Origin: Candidatus Omnitrophota bacterium
GTDB taxonomy: Bacteria > Omnitrophota > Omnitrophia > Omnitrophales > Aquincolibacteriaceae
Reading direction: 5' to 3'
DNA length: 64,000 bases
Assembly: GCA_903820505.1 (NCBI GenBank)
Contig: CAIJHQ010000045.1
Span: 79,625-143,624 of the forward strand
A program made the translations under genes and the position numbers. The notes under the pieces were generated by a model. The model searched no databases, was not told the DNA's origin, and was given only the letters and a program-made list of their open reading frames with translations. Shown here piece by piece: positions 56,378-64,000 of this stretch (positions are counted from its first letter, which is position 1; each line of letters begins with the position of its first letter).

Positions 56378-56839
56378 CTAGGCGCCCGGTTTCTGCCCGG
56401 AAAGGTTCTCACTGCCCGCACTCTCCACCATCTTTTGGCAGGTCTCGGAGACCTGAGTCTTGTTCTGCTTCAGGCACGCGAGAATACGCCCCTCACCGAT
56501 CGCAACCGTAGAACACAGTTTTTCAATATCGGCTTGGCAGGCCCCGGCAAATTCATCCAGCTTTTCACCGGCCTTCCGGAACTCATCGGCGGAATCATAG
56601 AGCGCGTTCTCACACGGCCGGGAAAGTTTGTCGTTATGTGCGTAAATACAGGCCAGCCCGCGTCCCTCGCCCGGCGTCACCGTCTGGCAGTAAGTCTCGA
56701 GCTCCGTCTTGCACGCCGTTTCAAACTGGTTGATCTGCTTTTCAACGAATTTTTCAACCGGGCCTTCTGCCGCGAACACGGAATATCCCGCGAAAATGAC
56801 AAACACAAGAACTCCGACGAACGCCATTGTCTTTTTCAT
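56378..56839 (-). CDS. Secreted cysteine-rich repeat protein (GLG1/Cys-rich-FGFR-like repeats)
   Basis: Signal peptide; two repeats of C-x7-C-x12-C-x11-C, each containing GEGR. Confidence 0.8.
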   Translation of the reverse strand: MKKTMAFVGVLVFVIFAGYSVFAAEGPVEKFVEKQINQFETACKTELETYCQTVTPGEGRGLACIYAHNDKLSRPCENALYDSADEFRKAGEKLDEFAGACQADIEKLCSTVAIGEGRILACLKQNKTQVSETCQKMVESAGSENLSGQKPGA

Positions 56840-56868
56840 GATCCTCTCCTTGTTTGATCGTTGATGAA

Positions 56869-57507
56869 TTACCTCTTGGAGACCAACTCTTTCAGGTCAT
56901 TCTCGAACTCCGCCAGGATCCCGCACAATTCCTTGTTCCAGCTCTCCGCAAGGCTCTGGGGAGAAATGCGGTCCATAGGCATCTCCCGGCTGTAGACCTT
57001 CTGAAAAACCACTTCCGACGAGTCCTGCCCGGCCTCACTGACCGTCAGTTTCATACGCAAGACCGCTTTCGGGGCGTTCGGGTCGCGGTAATCGCCGTAG
57101 AGGTCCGTCAAAGTCCCGTCCACACAATAGCATGGGCTGGCCGTCTCGCCGGGTTTCAACACGAACCGGACAAGCGGCGAGCCCTTGAGCCACGCAGCCG
57201 CCTGATCGCGGATCAGCTCCGCCGGAGCCGCCACGAACTGGTTATAAAAATCGGATTCATAGACTGCTTCTCCGGTCCGGTAAGCCAGGTAGCGGTCCGC
57301 GGACTGCGGTGCCGCGGAAAAAGCGTTCATCCTCAGCGAAACAGGCGTTCCGGAGTAATCCCCGTGGGCTTGAGAACTCACGTCCAGGGAGTAGGTCCTG
57401 ACATCCGGGTAACTCCGGTTGAGCCGGACGCAGCCGGCGGTCAAAGAGCAGATGCCCGCGATCGCAAGGAACGCGGAAAGTAGTTTGAAGGGATCGTTCT
57501 TTTTCAT
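56869..57507 (-). CDS. ABC-transporter auxiliary lipoprotein (PqiC-like)
   Basis: Lipobox TAGC, LAYR, DFYNQFVAAPA, LYGDYRD; last gene of the Mla-like operon. Confidence 0.8.
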   Translation of the reverse strand: MKKNDPFKLLSAFLAIAGICSLTAGCVRLNRSYPDVRTYSLDVSSQAHGDYSGTPVSLRMNAFSAAPQSADRYLAYRTGEAVYESDFYNQFVAAPAELIRDQAAAWLKGSPLVRFVLKPGETASPCYCVDGTLTDLYGDYRDPNAPKAVLRMKLTVSEAGQDSSEVVFQKVYSREMPMDRISPQSLAESWNKELCGILAEFENDLKELVSKR

Positions 57508-58274
57508 CGGTCAAACCTCGATTTGGGTGGCGCCTCGCCAAGGATCATTTGCGAAGGATATTTTTTTCCCGTTGAAGTGATGTCTTCGATATTTTTGGCA
57601 ATGACCTCCACGCGCGGCAGGACGGCGTCCAGTTTAATCACAAGCGACGGCATTTCCCGCGAGGCTTTGTTCATGTTCTCGATCATGGGATAGATATCGC
57701 TGTCCATTTTGTTCAACAACTTATCCATCGAGTCATTGAACCGGCTGGCCACGCTCGGCGCGGACGGGATATAAAGGTCCTTGGGGTCCCACGAGATCTT
57801 CATCGGCGGCGGGACCTCTTTGGGGTCCGCGAACCCGAGTTCCAGATAAACAAGCCCCGTGATCCCGATCCCGATCATCTTCGCCCTGAGGGTGTACTTC
57901 GCGACCATGATATCCAGTAGCTCCTGGGCCTCGTCCACGCTTTTGTCCTTAAATCGCGGAAAATATTTCTTTTCGACCTCGAACTTGACCCCGATCATGT
58001 TGTAATGCGCCGCCGTGTTCTCGAGCGACTGGTCTTTGCCGTACTCATCCTTGATGAATACGATCTCGCGCACCTTGCCGATCTTGACGCCGTTGAACTT
58101 CACGGGCGCCCCGACGTCCAACCCCTGGACCGACTGCGCGAAATAAGTCTCGCAGAGCAGCGGCGGCGCCTGAAAAGCGGAGCCCGCACCGAACAGGATC
58201 AGCCCGGCGCACAAAAGTACCAGGGAGATCAGGGTAAAGAGACCAATCTTAAAATACCGCGTTTTCTCGCTCAT
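57504..58274 (-). CDS. mlaD: MlaD/MCE-domain protein
   Basis: KIGLF TM, SVQGLDVGAPVKFNGVKIGKV, GITGLVYLEL, PSQMILG; start ATG 58274. Confidence 0.88.
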   Translation of the reverse strand: MSEKTRYFKIGLFTLISLVLLCAGLILFGAGSAFQAPPLLCETYFAQSVQGLDVGAPVKFNGVKIGKVREIVFIKDEYGKDQSLENTAAHYNMIGVKFEVEKKYFPRFKDKSVDEAQELLDIMVAKYTLRAKMIGIGITGLVYLELGFADPKEVPPPMKISWDPKDLYIPSAPSVASRFNDSMDKLLNKMDSDIYPMIENMNKASREMPSLVIKLDAVLPRVEVIAKNIEDITSTGKKYPSQMILGEAPPKSRFDR

Positions 58275-58327
58275 GTTTATTCTCCCTAGGGACAAGTCTT
58301 TACTGAAACCCTGTCTATGATCATGGT

Positions 58328-59101
58328 TTAAAGTTCATCCTTGGAAACCTGCCGGTTGAAGAATTTTCTCACATTCTCATTTTCTGCGTGCTCTTTCAGA
58401 TATTTGGGGTCGCCCTCGGCAATGATCTTCTTCGTCTTCTTGTCGAGCATGATGATCCGGTCGGCGATCGAATAAATACTGTCCAGTTCGTGCGTGACGA
58501 TCACGAAAGTGATGCCGAGGTTTTTGGCCAGGTTCAGGATCAATTGATCAAGCTCCGCGGACGTAATGGGGTCCAGACCCGCCGAAGGCTCGTCCAGAAA
58601 GAGGATCTTGGGGTCAAGCGCCATCGCCCGCGCGATCGCCGCGCGTTTCTGCATCCCGCCGGAGATCTCGGAAGGCATGTGGTGTTCAAATCCCTGGAGG
58701 CCGACCAGCATCAGTTTCAAGGCGGCCACGGATTCCCGCGCGGCCTCGGGAAGCTCCGTGAATTCCTCGAGGGGAAGCATCACGTTCTCCAGAAGGTTCA
58801 TGGAACCGAACAGGGCGCCGCTTTGATACATCACGCCGATGCGGTTGAGGATCTCGAGCCTCTTCGTCCCGTCGGCCGACGCAATGTCATCTTGCTCGAT
58901 CAGGATCTTTCCGGCTTTTGGCTTATAAAGCCCGATCATGTGTTTCAAAAGAGTGCTCTTCCCGCAACCCGATCCGCCGAGGATCACGAACACTTCCCCT
59001 CTTTTGATATTGAATGAAATGTCGTCAAAAATGAGGTCCGTGCCGTAACTCGCCGTCAGGTTCGTGACTTCGATGATCTCTTCCGTTTGAGTCCGGACCA
59101 T
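58328..59101 (-). CDS. mlaF: MlaF-type ABC ATP-binding protein
   Basis: GGSGCGKS, QSGALFGS, ISGGMQKRAAIARA, DEPSAGLDP, VTHEL. Confidence 0.92.
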   Translation of the reverse strand: MVRTQTEEIIEVTNLTASYGTDLIFDDISFNIKRGEVFVILGGSGCGKSTLLKHMIGLYKPKAGKILIEQDDIASADGTKRLEILNRIGVMYQSGALFGSMNLLENVMLPLEEFTELPEAARESVAALKLMLVGLQGFEHHMPSEISGGMQKRAAIARAMALDPKILFLDEPSAGLDPITSAELDQLILNLAKNLGITFVIVTHELDSIYSIADRIIMLDKKTKKIIAEGDPKYLKEHAENENVRKFFNRQVSKDEL

Positions 59102-59104
59102 GCC

Positions 59105-60244
59105 TTAGATCCCCAACGCGTAATAGATGGCCGAAATGACGCCGTCCAGAATTATGATCATGACCATGCCGGTAACGACCGAGGAGGTCGTGGATTCGCC
59201 CACCGCGGAAGCGCCCGTTTTGGTTTGAAGCCCGCGCAAGCACCCGATCCCCCCGATCGCGATCGCGAACGGGATCGCCTTGAAGATCCCGCCCAACACA
59301 TCGCCCAGGTCCACGGTGGACGTGATCTGATTCAGATAGGTCGCCGAAGAATACCCGAACGACTGGAACACGATCGCGCCCCCGAGCATCCCGAAGAAAT
59401 CGGAAACGACCGTCAGAAGCGGCGCCAGAAAAACGATCCCGAGCATGCGGCTGATCACAAGGAACCTCACCGGCTCCAGTCCCATGGTCGTCAGGGCGTT
59501 GACCTCCTCGTTGATCTTCATGGTCCCGATCTCGGCGGCGATGGCCGAACCGGTCCGCCCCGCGAGAATGATCGCCGTGATGAGAGGCCCGAGTTCCCGC
59601 AGGACCGCGAAGGCGACCACGTTCGCCACAAAAACATCCGAACCCATCTGCTTCAGAGGAAGCGCGGACTGGAACGCCATGATGACCCCGATCAGGAACC
59701 CGGCCATCATGATGAGCGGCATCGCGTTCGCGCCGCCCTTCTCGATAAATACCCAGACGTCTTTCCACCGGACGGTCCCCGGATGCAGGATGGCGTTGAA
59801 CATTTGGCTGACCACCTCACCGACAAAGGTGATCTGCCCGAAAAAATCGTCACGGAGCTGGACAACGGATTTTCCAAAACTCTCGAAGAACCCGACCCTC
59901 GCCGGCGGCTTGGAGGACACCTCCTGCGCGCTGCGGCGGTTTACAAAGTCGAACAGGGTCTGCAGATCGGGACGGAGTCCAAGTACTTGAAAGGCGGCCC
60001 TCGCGGATTCCTGGGACGCTTTGAGGTCCCGAATCAGCCCGATGCCTGCCATATCGCAATAAGTCAGGCCTGAAACATCCAGGACCAATTCTCGTGGCTT
60101 GGCGGTCTGAAGCAGCGTCATGGACTCCTGCCAGACATCGCCGGAGGTCTTTGCGCTGAAAATCCCTGAAAGCAGAAGAAGTAACTTTTCGCCCTTGGGG
60201 TCTTTCCTGATCTCGAGTTTTAGAGCCGGATCCGTCTTCGTCAT
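59105..60244 (-). CDS. mlaE: MlaE-type permease with N-terminal STAS domain
   Basis: STAS LDVSGLTYCDMAG; LRELGPL, AGRTGSAIAAEIGTMK, AVGESTT. Confidence 0.92.
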   Translation of the reverse strand: MTKTDPALKLEIRKDPKGEKLLLLLSGIFSAKTSGDVWQESMTLLQTAKPRELVLDVSGLTYCDMAGIGLIRDLKASQESARAAFQVLGLRPDLQTLFDFVNRRSAQEVSSKPPARVGFFESFGKSVVQLRDDFFGQITFVGEVVSQMFNAILHPGTVRWKDVWVFIEKGGANAMPLIMMAGFLIGVIMAFQSALPLKQMGSDVFVANVVAFAVLRELGPLITAIILAGRTGSAIAAEIGTMKINEEVNALTTMGLEPVRFLVISRMLGIVFLAPLLTVVSDFFGMLGGAIVFQSFGYSSATYLNQITSTVDLGDVLGGIFKAIPFAIAIGGIGCLRGLQTKTGASAVGESTTSSVVTGMVMIIILDGVISAIYYALGI

Positions 60245-60283
60245 ATTAGTTCCCTGGAAAAAAGCGGTGAATAGGACCGATCC

Positions 60284-60312
60284 ATGCTAATTCCGTGAAA
60301 GGTTTCTGTAAA
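60284..60312 (-). promoter_or_regulatory. Putative sigma70 promoter of the mla-like operon
   Basis: TTTACA-N17-TAGCAT. Confidence 0.45.
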
Positions 60313-60367
60313 AATTCAAGAACGCCGGTTTTTGCGACCGTTGCCGGACCCGTGTATTGAAAAAAAA

Positions 60368-60441
60368 TGGAGCGGGATACGGGAATCGAACCCGTCTGAC
60401 CAGCTTGGGAAGCTGGGACATTACCACTATGCTAATCCCGC
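60368..60441 (-). tRNA. tRNA-Gly(CCC)
   Basis: GCGGGATTAGCATAGTGGTAATGTCCCAGCTTCCCAAGCTGGTCAGACGGGTTCGATTCCCGTATCCCGCTCCA; cloverleaf; CCA encoded. Confidence 0.95.
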
Positions 60442-60450
60442 CCGGTGAAT

Positions 60451-61365
60451 TTAGATTTTACAGATTTTTTTCAAAACTTCCAGCCGTTTGTCGAAATGCT
60501 CACGCTTCACTTCGCGCAGTCTCTCGAGGCCGAATTTCTCGACCGTGAATGACGCCACGATCGTACCGTATGCGATCGCCGTCTTCATCGTCTTGAGGTT
60601 CACGTTGCGCGCCGCCGTCAAATACCCCATCACGCCGCCCGCGAAACTGTCCCCGGCCCCCGTCGGATCATAGACCGAGTCGAGAGGATAAGCCGGATAA
60701 ATAAAAACGCCTTCATGACTGTACAGGAGCGCGCCGTGCTCGCCTTTCTTGATGATCACATATTCCGGCCCCATGTTATGGATATGCTGGGCCGCCTTGA
60801 TCAAATTCACTTCTTCGGTCAACTGCCGCGCCTCTCCGTCGTTCATGAAAACCGCGTGGACGCGGCTGAGGACCTTTTGCACCGCGTCGCGCTTGTTCTG
60901 GATCCAGAAGTTCATGGTGTCGCAGGCCACGAATTTGAGCGAGGAACCGTGGACCTGGTCCAGCACGCTGAGCTGAAGGTCCGGATCGACGTTCGCCAGG
61001 AACACATATTCCGGGACCTTTTCATAGAGGATCTTGGGTTTGAAATCCAGCAGGACGTTCAGGTCCGTCTGGAGCGTGATGGCCGCGTTCATGTCGGCCT
61101 CGTACTTCCCTTTCCAGTGGAACGTCTTGCCCGGCAAAACTTCCAGATGGCTCAGATCGATCCCTTTTTCCTCGAGGACTTTGCGGTACTCCTCCGGAAA
61201 ATCCTTGCCGACCACCGCCACCACGCCGACGCGGGTAAAAAAACTGGCGGCATACGAAAAAAAGGACGCGGAACCGCCGAACACGGTTTGTTTGGACCCG
61301 AAAGGCGTGGAGAGTTCGTCGATCGCGACAGTTCCAATAACGATCAGAGAGGGCGGCTTTGACAT
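60451..61365 (-). CDS. PfkB/ribokinase-family kinase
   Basis: GGSA, VGKDFP, NDGEA, KKGEHGA, DPTGAGDSFAGG; start ATG 61365. Confidence 0.9.
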   Translation of the reverse strand: MSKPPSLIVIGTVAIDELSTPFGSKQTVFGGSASFFSYAASFFTRVGVVAVVGKDFPEEYRKVLEEKGIDLSHLEVLPGKTFHWKGKYEADMNAAITLQTDLNVLLDFKPKILYEKVPEYVFLANVDPDLQLSVLDQVHGSSLKFVACDTMNFWIQNKRDAVQKVLSRVHAVFMNDGEARQLTEEVNLIKAAQHIHNMGPEYVIIKKGEHGALLYSHEGVFIYPAYPLDSVYDPTGAGDSFAGGVMGYLTAARNVNLKTMKTAIAYGTIVASFTVEKFGLERLREVKREHFDKRLEVLKKICKI

Positions 61366-61369
61366 GGTG

Positions 61370-62014
61370 TTATCCTTCAAGTAGTTTTTTCAATTGATAA
61401 GCGGCTTTTTCAGGGTCTTTCGCGGCAAAGATCGCGCGCACCACGGCGACCCTTGTCGCGCCGGCCGCGAGCAACCGCGGCAAATTCTCGGGGCCGATCC
61501 CGCCGATCGCGACCCACGGGATGCGGATCCTTTCTTTCGCTTCCTTTATGAAATCAAGACCTAGCGCCCGCACCTGCGGTTTTACCGGCGTCGCGAACAC
61601 CGGGCCGACACCCAGAAGATCGGCACCTTCCTTGACCGCTTTCACGGCTTGCGCGATATCGTGGACCGACTTTCCGATCCACAGCCGGTGTCCCGTCCTT
61701 TTGGCAAGCGCCCGCGCCCTCGCGACCGGCATATCTTCCTGCCCGAGATGGACACCGTCCGCCGAGGTCACCAAGGCGACATCGACCCGGTCGTTCACTA
61801 CGAACAATTTCCGCAGACTCGTCGCGATCTTCCGGACCTTTGTCCCGAGCCGGATCAGCGCGGCGTCCGGAAGACATTTGGCGCGCAGCTGAACGACATC
61901 CGCCCCGCCCCGGTACGCCTGCTCGATCTTCTTCAGGAACGTTTCGTCCCCGGTCGCAAGATCGGTCACCGCGTAAAGCCGGAAATCCCTGCGAGCCCTT
62001 TCTTTCCAGTCCAT
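61370..62014 (-). CDS. thiE: Thiamine-phosphate synthase
   Basis: LYAVTD, VQLRAK, VNDRVD, GVHLGQED, GPVFATPVK, AIGGI. Confidence 0.95.
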   Translation of the reverse strand: MDWKERARRDFRLYAVTDLATGDETFLKKIEQAYRGGADVVQLRAKCLPDAALIRLGTKVRKIATSLRKLFVVNDRVDVALVTSADGVHLGQEDMPVARARALAKRTGHRLWIGKSVHDIAQAVKAVKEGADLLGVGPVFATPVKPQVRALGLDFIKEAKERIRIPWVAIGGIGPENLPRLLAAGATRVAVVRAIFAAKDPEKAAYQLKKLLEG

Positions 62015-62020
62015 GGAACT

Positions 62021-62494
62021 TCAGGCCAGCTTCAAAAGCTTGATGACCCGGGTCGAGGACCTCCCGCGAACGAACGGTATCCGCTTGACGCGGCCGCCCC
62101 AGGAAAGAACTTCCTTCGCCCCCACGATATCTTTCATCGCCCAATCCGCGCCCTTGACAATAACGTCGGGCCTCACCTTCAGGATCAATTTCAGAGGCGT
62201 TGTGTCCCCGAAAAGCACCGCGTAGTCGACACACTCAAGCGCCGTCAGCACCTTGATGCGGTCTTGCTCGGGATTGATGGGGCGGCTGGGCCCCTTATAG
62301 GCCCTGACGGACCGGTCGGTATTCATGCCGACCAGAAGGACATCCCCGAAGGATCTTGCTTTTTGAAGGTAACTCACGTGGCCGAGATGGAGGATATCGA
62401 AAGTCCCGTTGGTGAAAACGATCCGCTTACCCCGCGCCTTGAGGCGACGGACCGCTTGGGACAACTTTTTTTGAGTCAGGATCTTCGAGGACAT
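62021..62494 (-). CDS. hldC: D-glycero-beta-D-manno-heptose 1-phosphate adenylyltransferase (stand-alone HldE domain II)
   Basis: FTNGTFDILHLGH, NTDRSV, KGPSRP, KGADW, SST. Confidence 0.9.
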   Translation of the reverse strand: MSSKILTQKKLSQAVRRLKARGKRIVFTNGTFDILHLGHVSYLQKARSFGDVLLVGMNTDRSVRAYKGPSRPINPEQDRIKVLTALECVDYAVLFGDTTPLKLILKVRPDVIVKGADWAMKDIVGAKEVLSWGGRVKRIPFVRGRSSTRVIKLLKLA

Positions 62495-62521
62495 GGTTCC
62501 GGCCTTTTCAGGGTCCCGCGA

Positions 62522-63094
62522 TCAACCGAAGAGGAGCGTTTCCACGACTTCGCAAACCGCGTGCAAGGCCGTGATGTGCATCTCCTGGATGTGCGTGGTC
62601 TTGTTGGACTTCGCGATGAAACAGATATCCGCGGCGTCTTTCATGATGCCGCCGTCTTTCCCCGTGAAGCCGATCACGCGGATCCCCTGCTGCTTGGCCT
62701 GGCTGATCGCTTCCAGGATGTTCGGCGAACGCCCGCTTGTGGAGAGGACAATGAGAATGTCTCCCCGCTTGCCGAGCCCCTCGACCTGCCTGGAAAAAAT
62801 ACGGTCAAATCCGAAATCATTGCCGATGGCGGTCAGGGAAGCCGTGTCCGCCGTCAACGCGATCGCCGGAAGACTGATACGCTCCATCACGAACCGGCCC
62901 ACGAATTCGGCAGCGATGTGCTGGGCGTCCGATGCCGAACCGCCGTTCCCGCACAGAAGGATCTTGTTACCCGCCCGCAACGCCCCGATGATCTCGTGGG
63001 AGATCTTGCTTAGCACCTCAAATTGCGCCGCGGTGAACGTTTTCTGAAAGGTGTCCTGATGCGCCTGAGCGATCGTTTCAAAATGATTTTTCAT
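62522..63094 (-). CDS. gmhA: Phosphoheptose isomerase
   Basis: CGNGGSASDAQH, GNDFGF, STSGRSPN, IQEMH; start ATG 63094. Confidence 0.95.
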   Translation of the reverse strand: MKNHFETIAQAHQDTFQKTFTAAQFEVLSKISHEIIGALRAGNKILLCGNGGSASDAQHIAAEFVGRFVMERISLPAIALTADTASLTAIGNDFGFDRIFSRQVEGLGKRGDILIVLSTSGRSPNILEAISQAKQQGIRVIGFTGKDGGIMKDAADICFIAKSNKTTHIQEMHITALHAVCEVVETLLFG

Positions 63095-63098
63095 GGGT

Positions 63099-64000
63099 TC
63101 ACCCGAAGAAGATCTTGGCAAGATCGTACAGCGCCACCGGCACGGTTTTAAGTTCTCCGACGGCATCCCGCAGGGGAACCGCCACGATCTCACGGCCGCG
63201 AAGGCTGACCATGTGACCGAATTTCCCTTCCTTGATAAGCTGAACGGCCTTCACACCGAACCGGGTCCCGAGCACACGGTCAAAACCCGTGGGCGCGCCG
63301 CCGCGCTGAATATGACCGAGCACGGTCGCACGCGTCTCATACCCCGTCTTCGCCTCGATAAGGTCCGCGAGCCGGTCCGCCACGCCGCCGAGACGGACAT
63401 GACCGAAGGCATCGAGTTCTTTCTCGACGGTCGTAAGATCTTCGCCCTTGATCGTAAATCCTTCGGACACGGCGACGATGCTGAAATTCTTGCCGCGCTC
63501 GCGTTGCTTCACGATATAACCGCAGATCTCGTCCACCGTCATCGGAACTTCGGGAATGAGGACCACGTCCGCGCCCCCAGCGATGCCGGCCTCCAGGGCG
63601 ATCCAACCCGCGTGACGGCCCATGATCTCGACCACCATCACGCGATCATGCGATTCCGCGGTCGTCCGGATGCGGTCAAGGCATTCGGTCGCGATATTGA
63701 GCGCCGTATCGTACCCGAAGGTGTAATCGGTCGCGTTGAGGTCGTTGTCGATCGTTTTCGGAACGCCGACGATCGGTAAACCGTCGACGGATAACTTGTG
63801 GGCCGCGCCGAGCGTGTCTTCACCGCCGATCGCGACGACACCGTCCAGGTGGTTCTTTTTGATCGTGTCACGGACTTTTTGGGCGTCCCCTTCTTTCTTG
63901 TACGGATTGGTGCGGGAAGTCCCGAGGATCGTGCCTCCGCGCGGCAGGATGTCGGCGACCGTGTTGAGATCAAGCTCCATGAATTCGTTCTGGATGATCC
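63099..64000 (-). CDS. Phosphofructokinase, mixed-substrate group III (GGED signature); 5' end outside the window
   Basis: GGTILGTSRTNP, IGGEDT, PKTIDND, EIMGRHAGW, LGHIQRGG. Confidence 0.92.
   Translation of the reverse strand, partial: IIQNEFMELDLNTVADILPRGGTILGTSRTNPYKKEGDAQKVRDTIKKNHLDGVVAIGGEDTLGAAHKLSVDGLPIVGVPKTIDNDLNATDYTFGYDTALNIATECLDRIRTTAESHDRVMVVEIMGRHAGWIALEAGIAGGADVVLIPEVPMTVDEICGYIVKQRERGKNFSIVAVSEGFTIKGEDLTTVEKELDAFGHVRLGGVADRLADLIEAKTGYETRATVLGHIQRGGAPTGFDRVLGTRFGVKAVQLIKEGKFGHMVSLRGREIVAVPLRDAVGELKTVPVALYDLAKIFFG

Noticed and set aside
41379-60441. Integrative element inserted at tRNA-Gly or tRNA-Thr
   Set aside because: I found no integrase, transposase or duplicated tRNA 3' end by eye. 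The block looks accessory but cannot be called a mobile element.

Overview
A 64 kb chromosomal segment of a diderm bacterium (LptD, ADP-heptose enzymes, Mla/Pqi-type ABC transporter). The gene content and the AccD variant SGSGGGARMYEG suggest the PVC superphylum, possibly Omnitrophota; this is an inference, not verified. All but three genes lie on the minus strand. Layout: (1) 1-24 kb, a surface-glycosylation locus with five GT-C-type membrane glycosyltransferases, four GT2 polyprenol-phosphate sugar synthases, a UPF0104 flippase-like protein, a methyltransferase, an SGNH protein and ugd-rmlA-rmlB-rmlD-uxs. It ends at the left edge in a gene missing from the ORF track that reads as a Cj1418-type L-glutamine kinase (phosphoramidate biosynthesis). 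(2) 24-33 kb, accD, an orphan MalK-type ATPase, two tandem diguanylate cyclases, lptD and a divergent rpoN. (3) tRNA-Thr(CGT), gltBD, a Nudix hydrolase and a clade X pfk. (4) A polyphosphate cluster ppk2-ROK kinase-ppx-ppk1. (5) An accessory block next to tRNA-Gly(CCC) that is rich in lipid-handling genes and carries two gene relics. (6) pfk-gmhA-hldC-thiE-PfkB kinase. Hidden elements found by reading the sequence: a 39-aa single-TM ORF behind the Ppm1-like synthase, an attenuator-like leader upstream of accD, a three-way-junction leader upstream of gltB, a two-fold symmetric divergent promoter, and two apparently leaderless genes. I saw no CRISPR array, integrase, transposase or rRNA. Family assignments rest on motifs recognised by eye and have not been confirmed by database searches.
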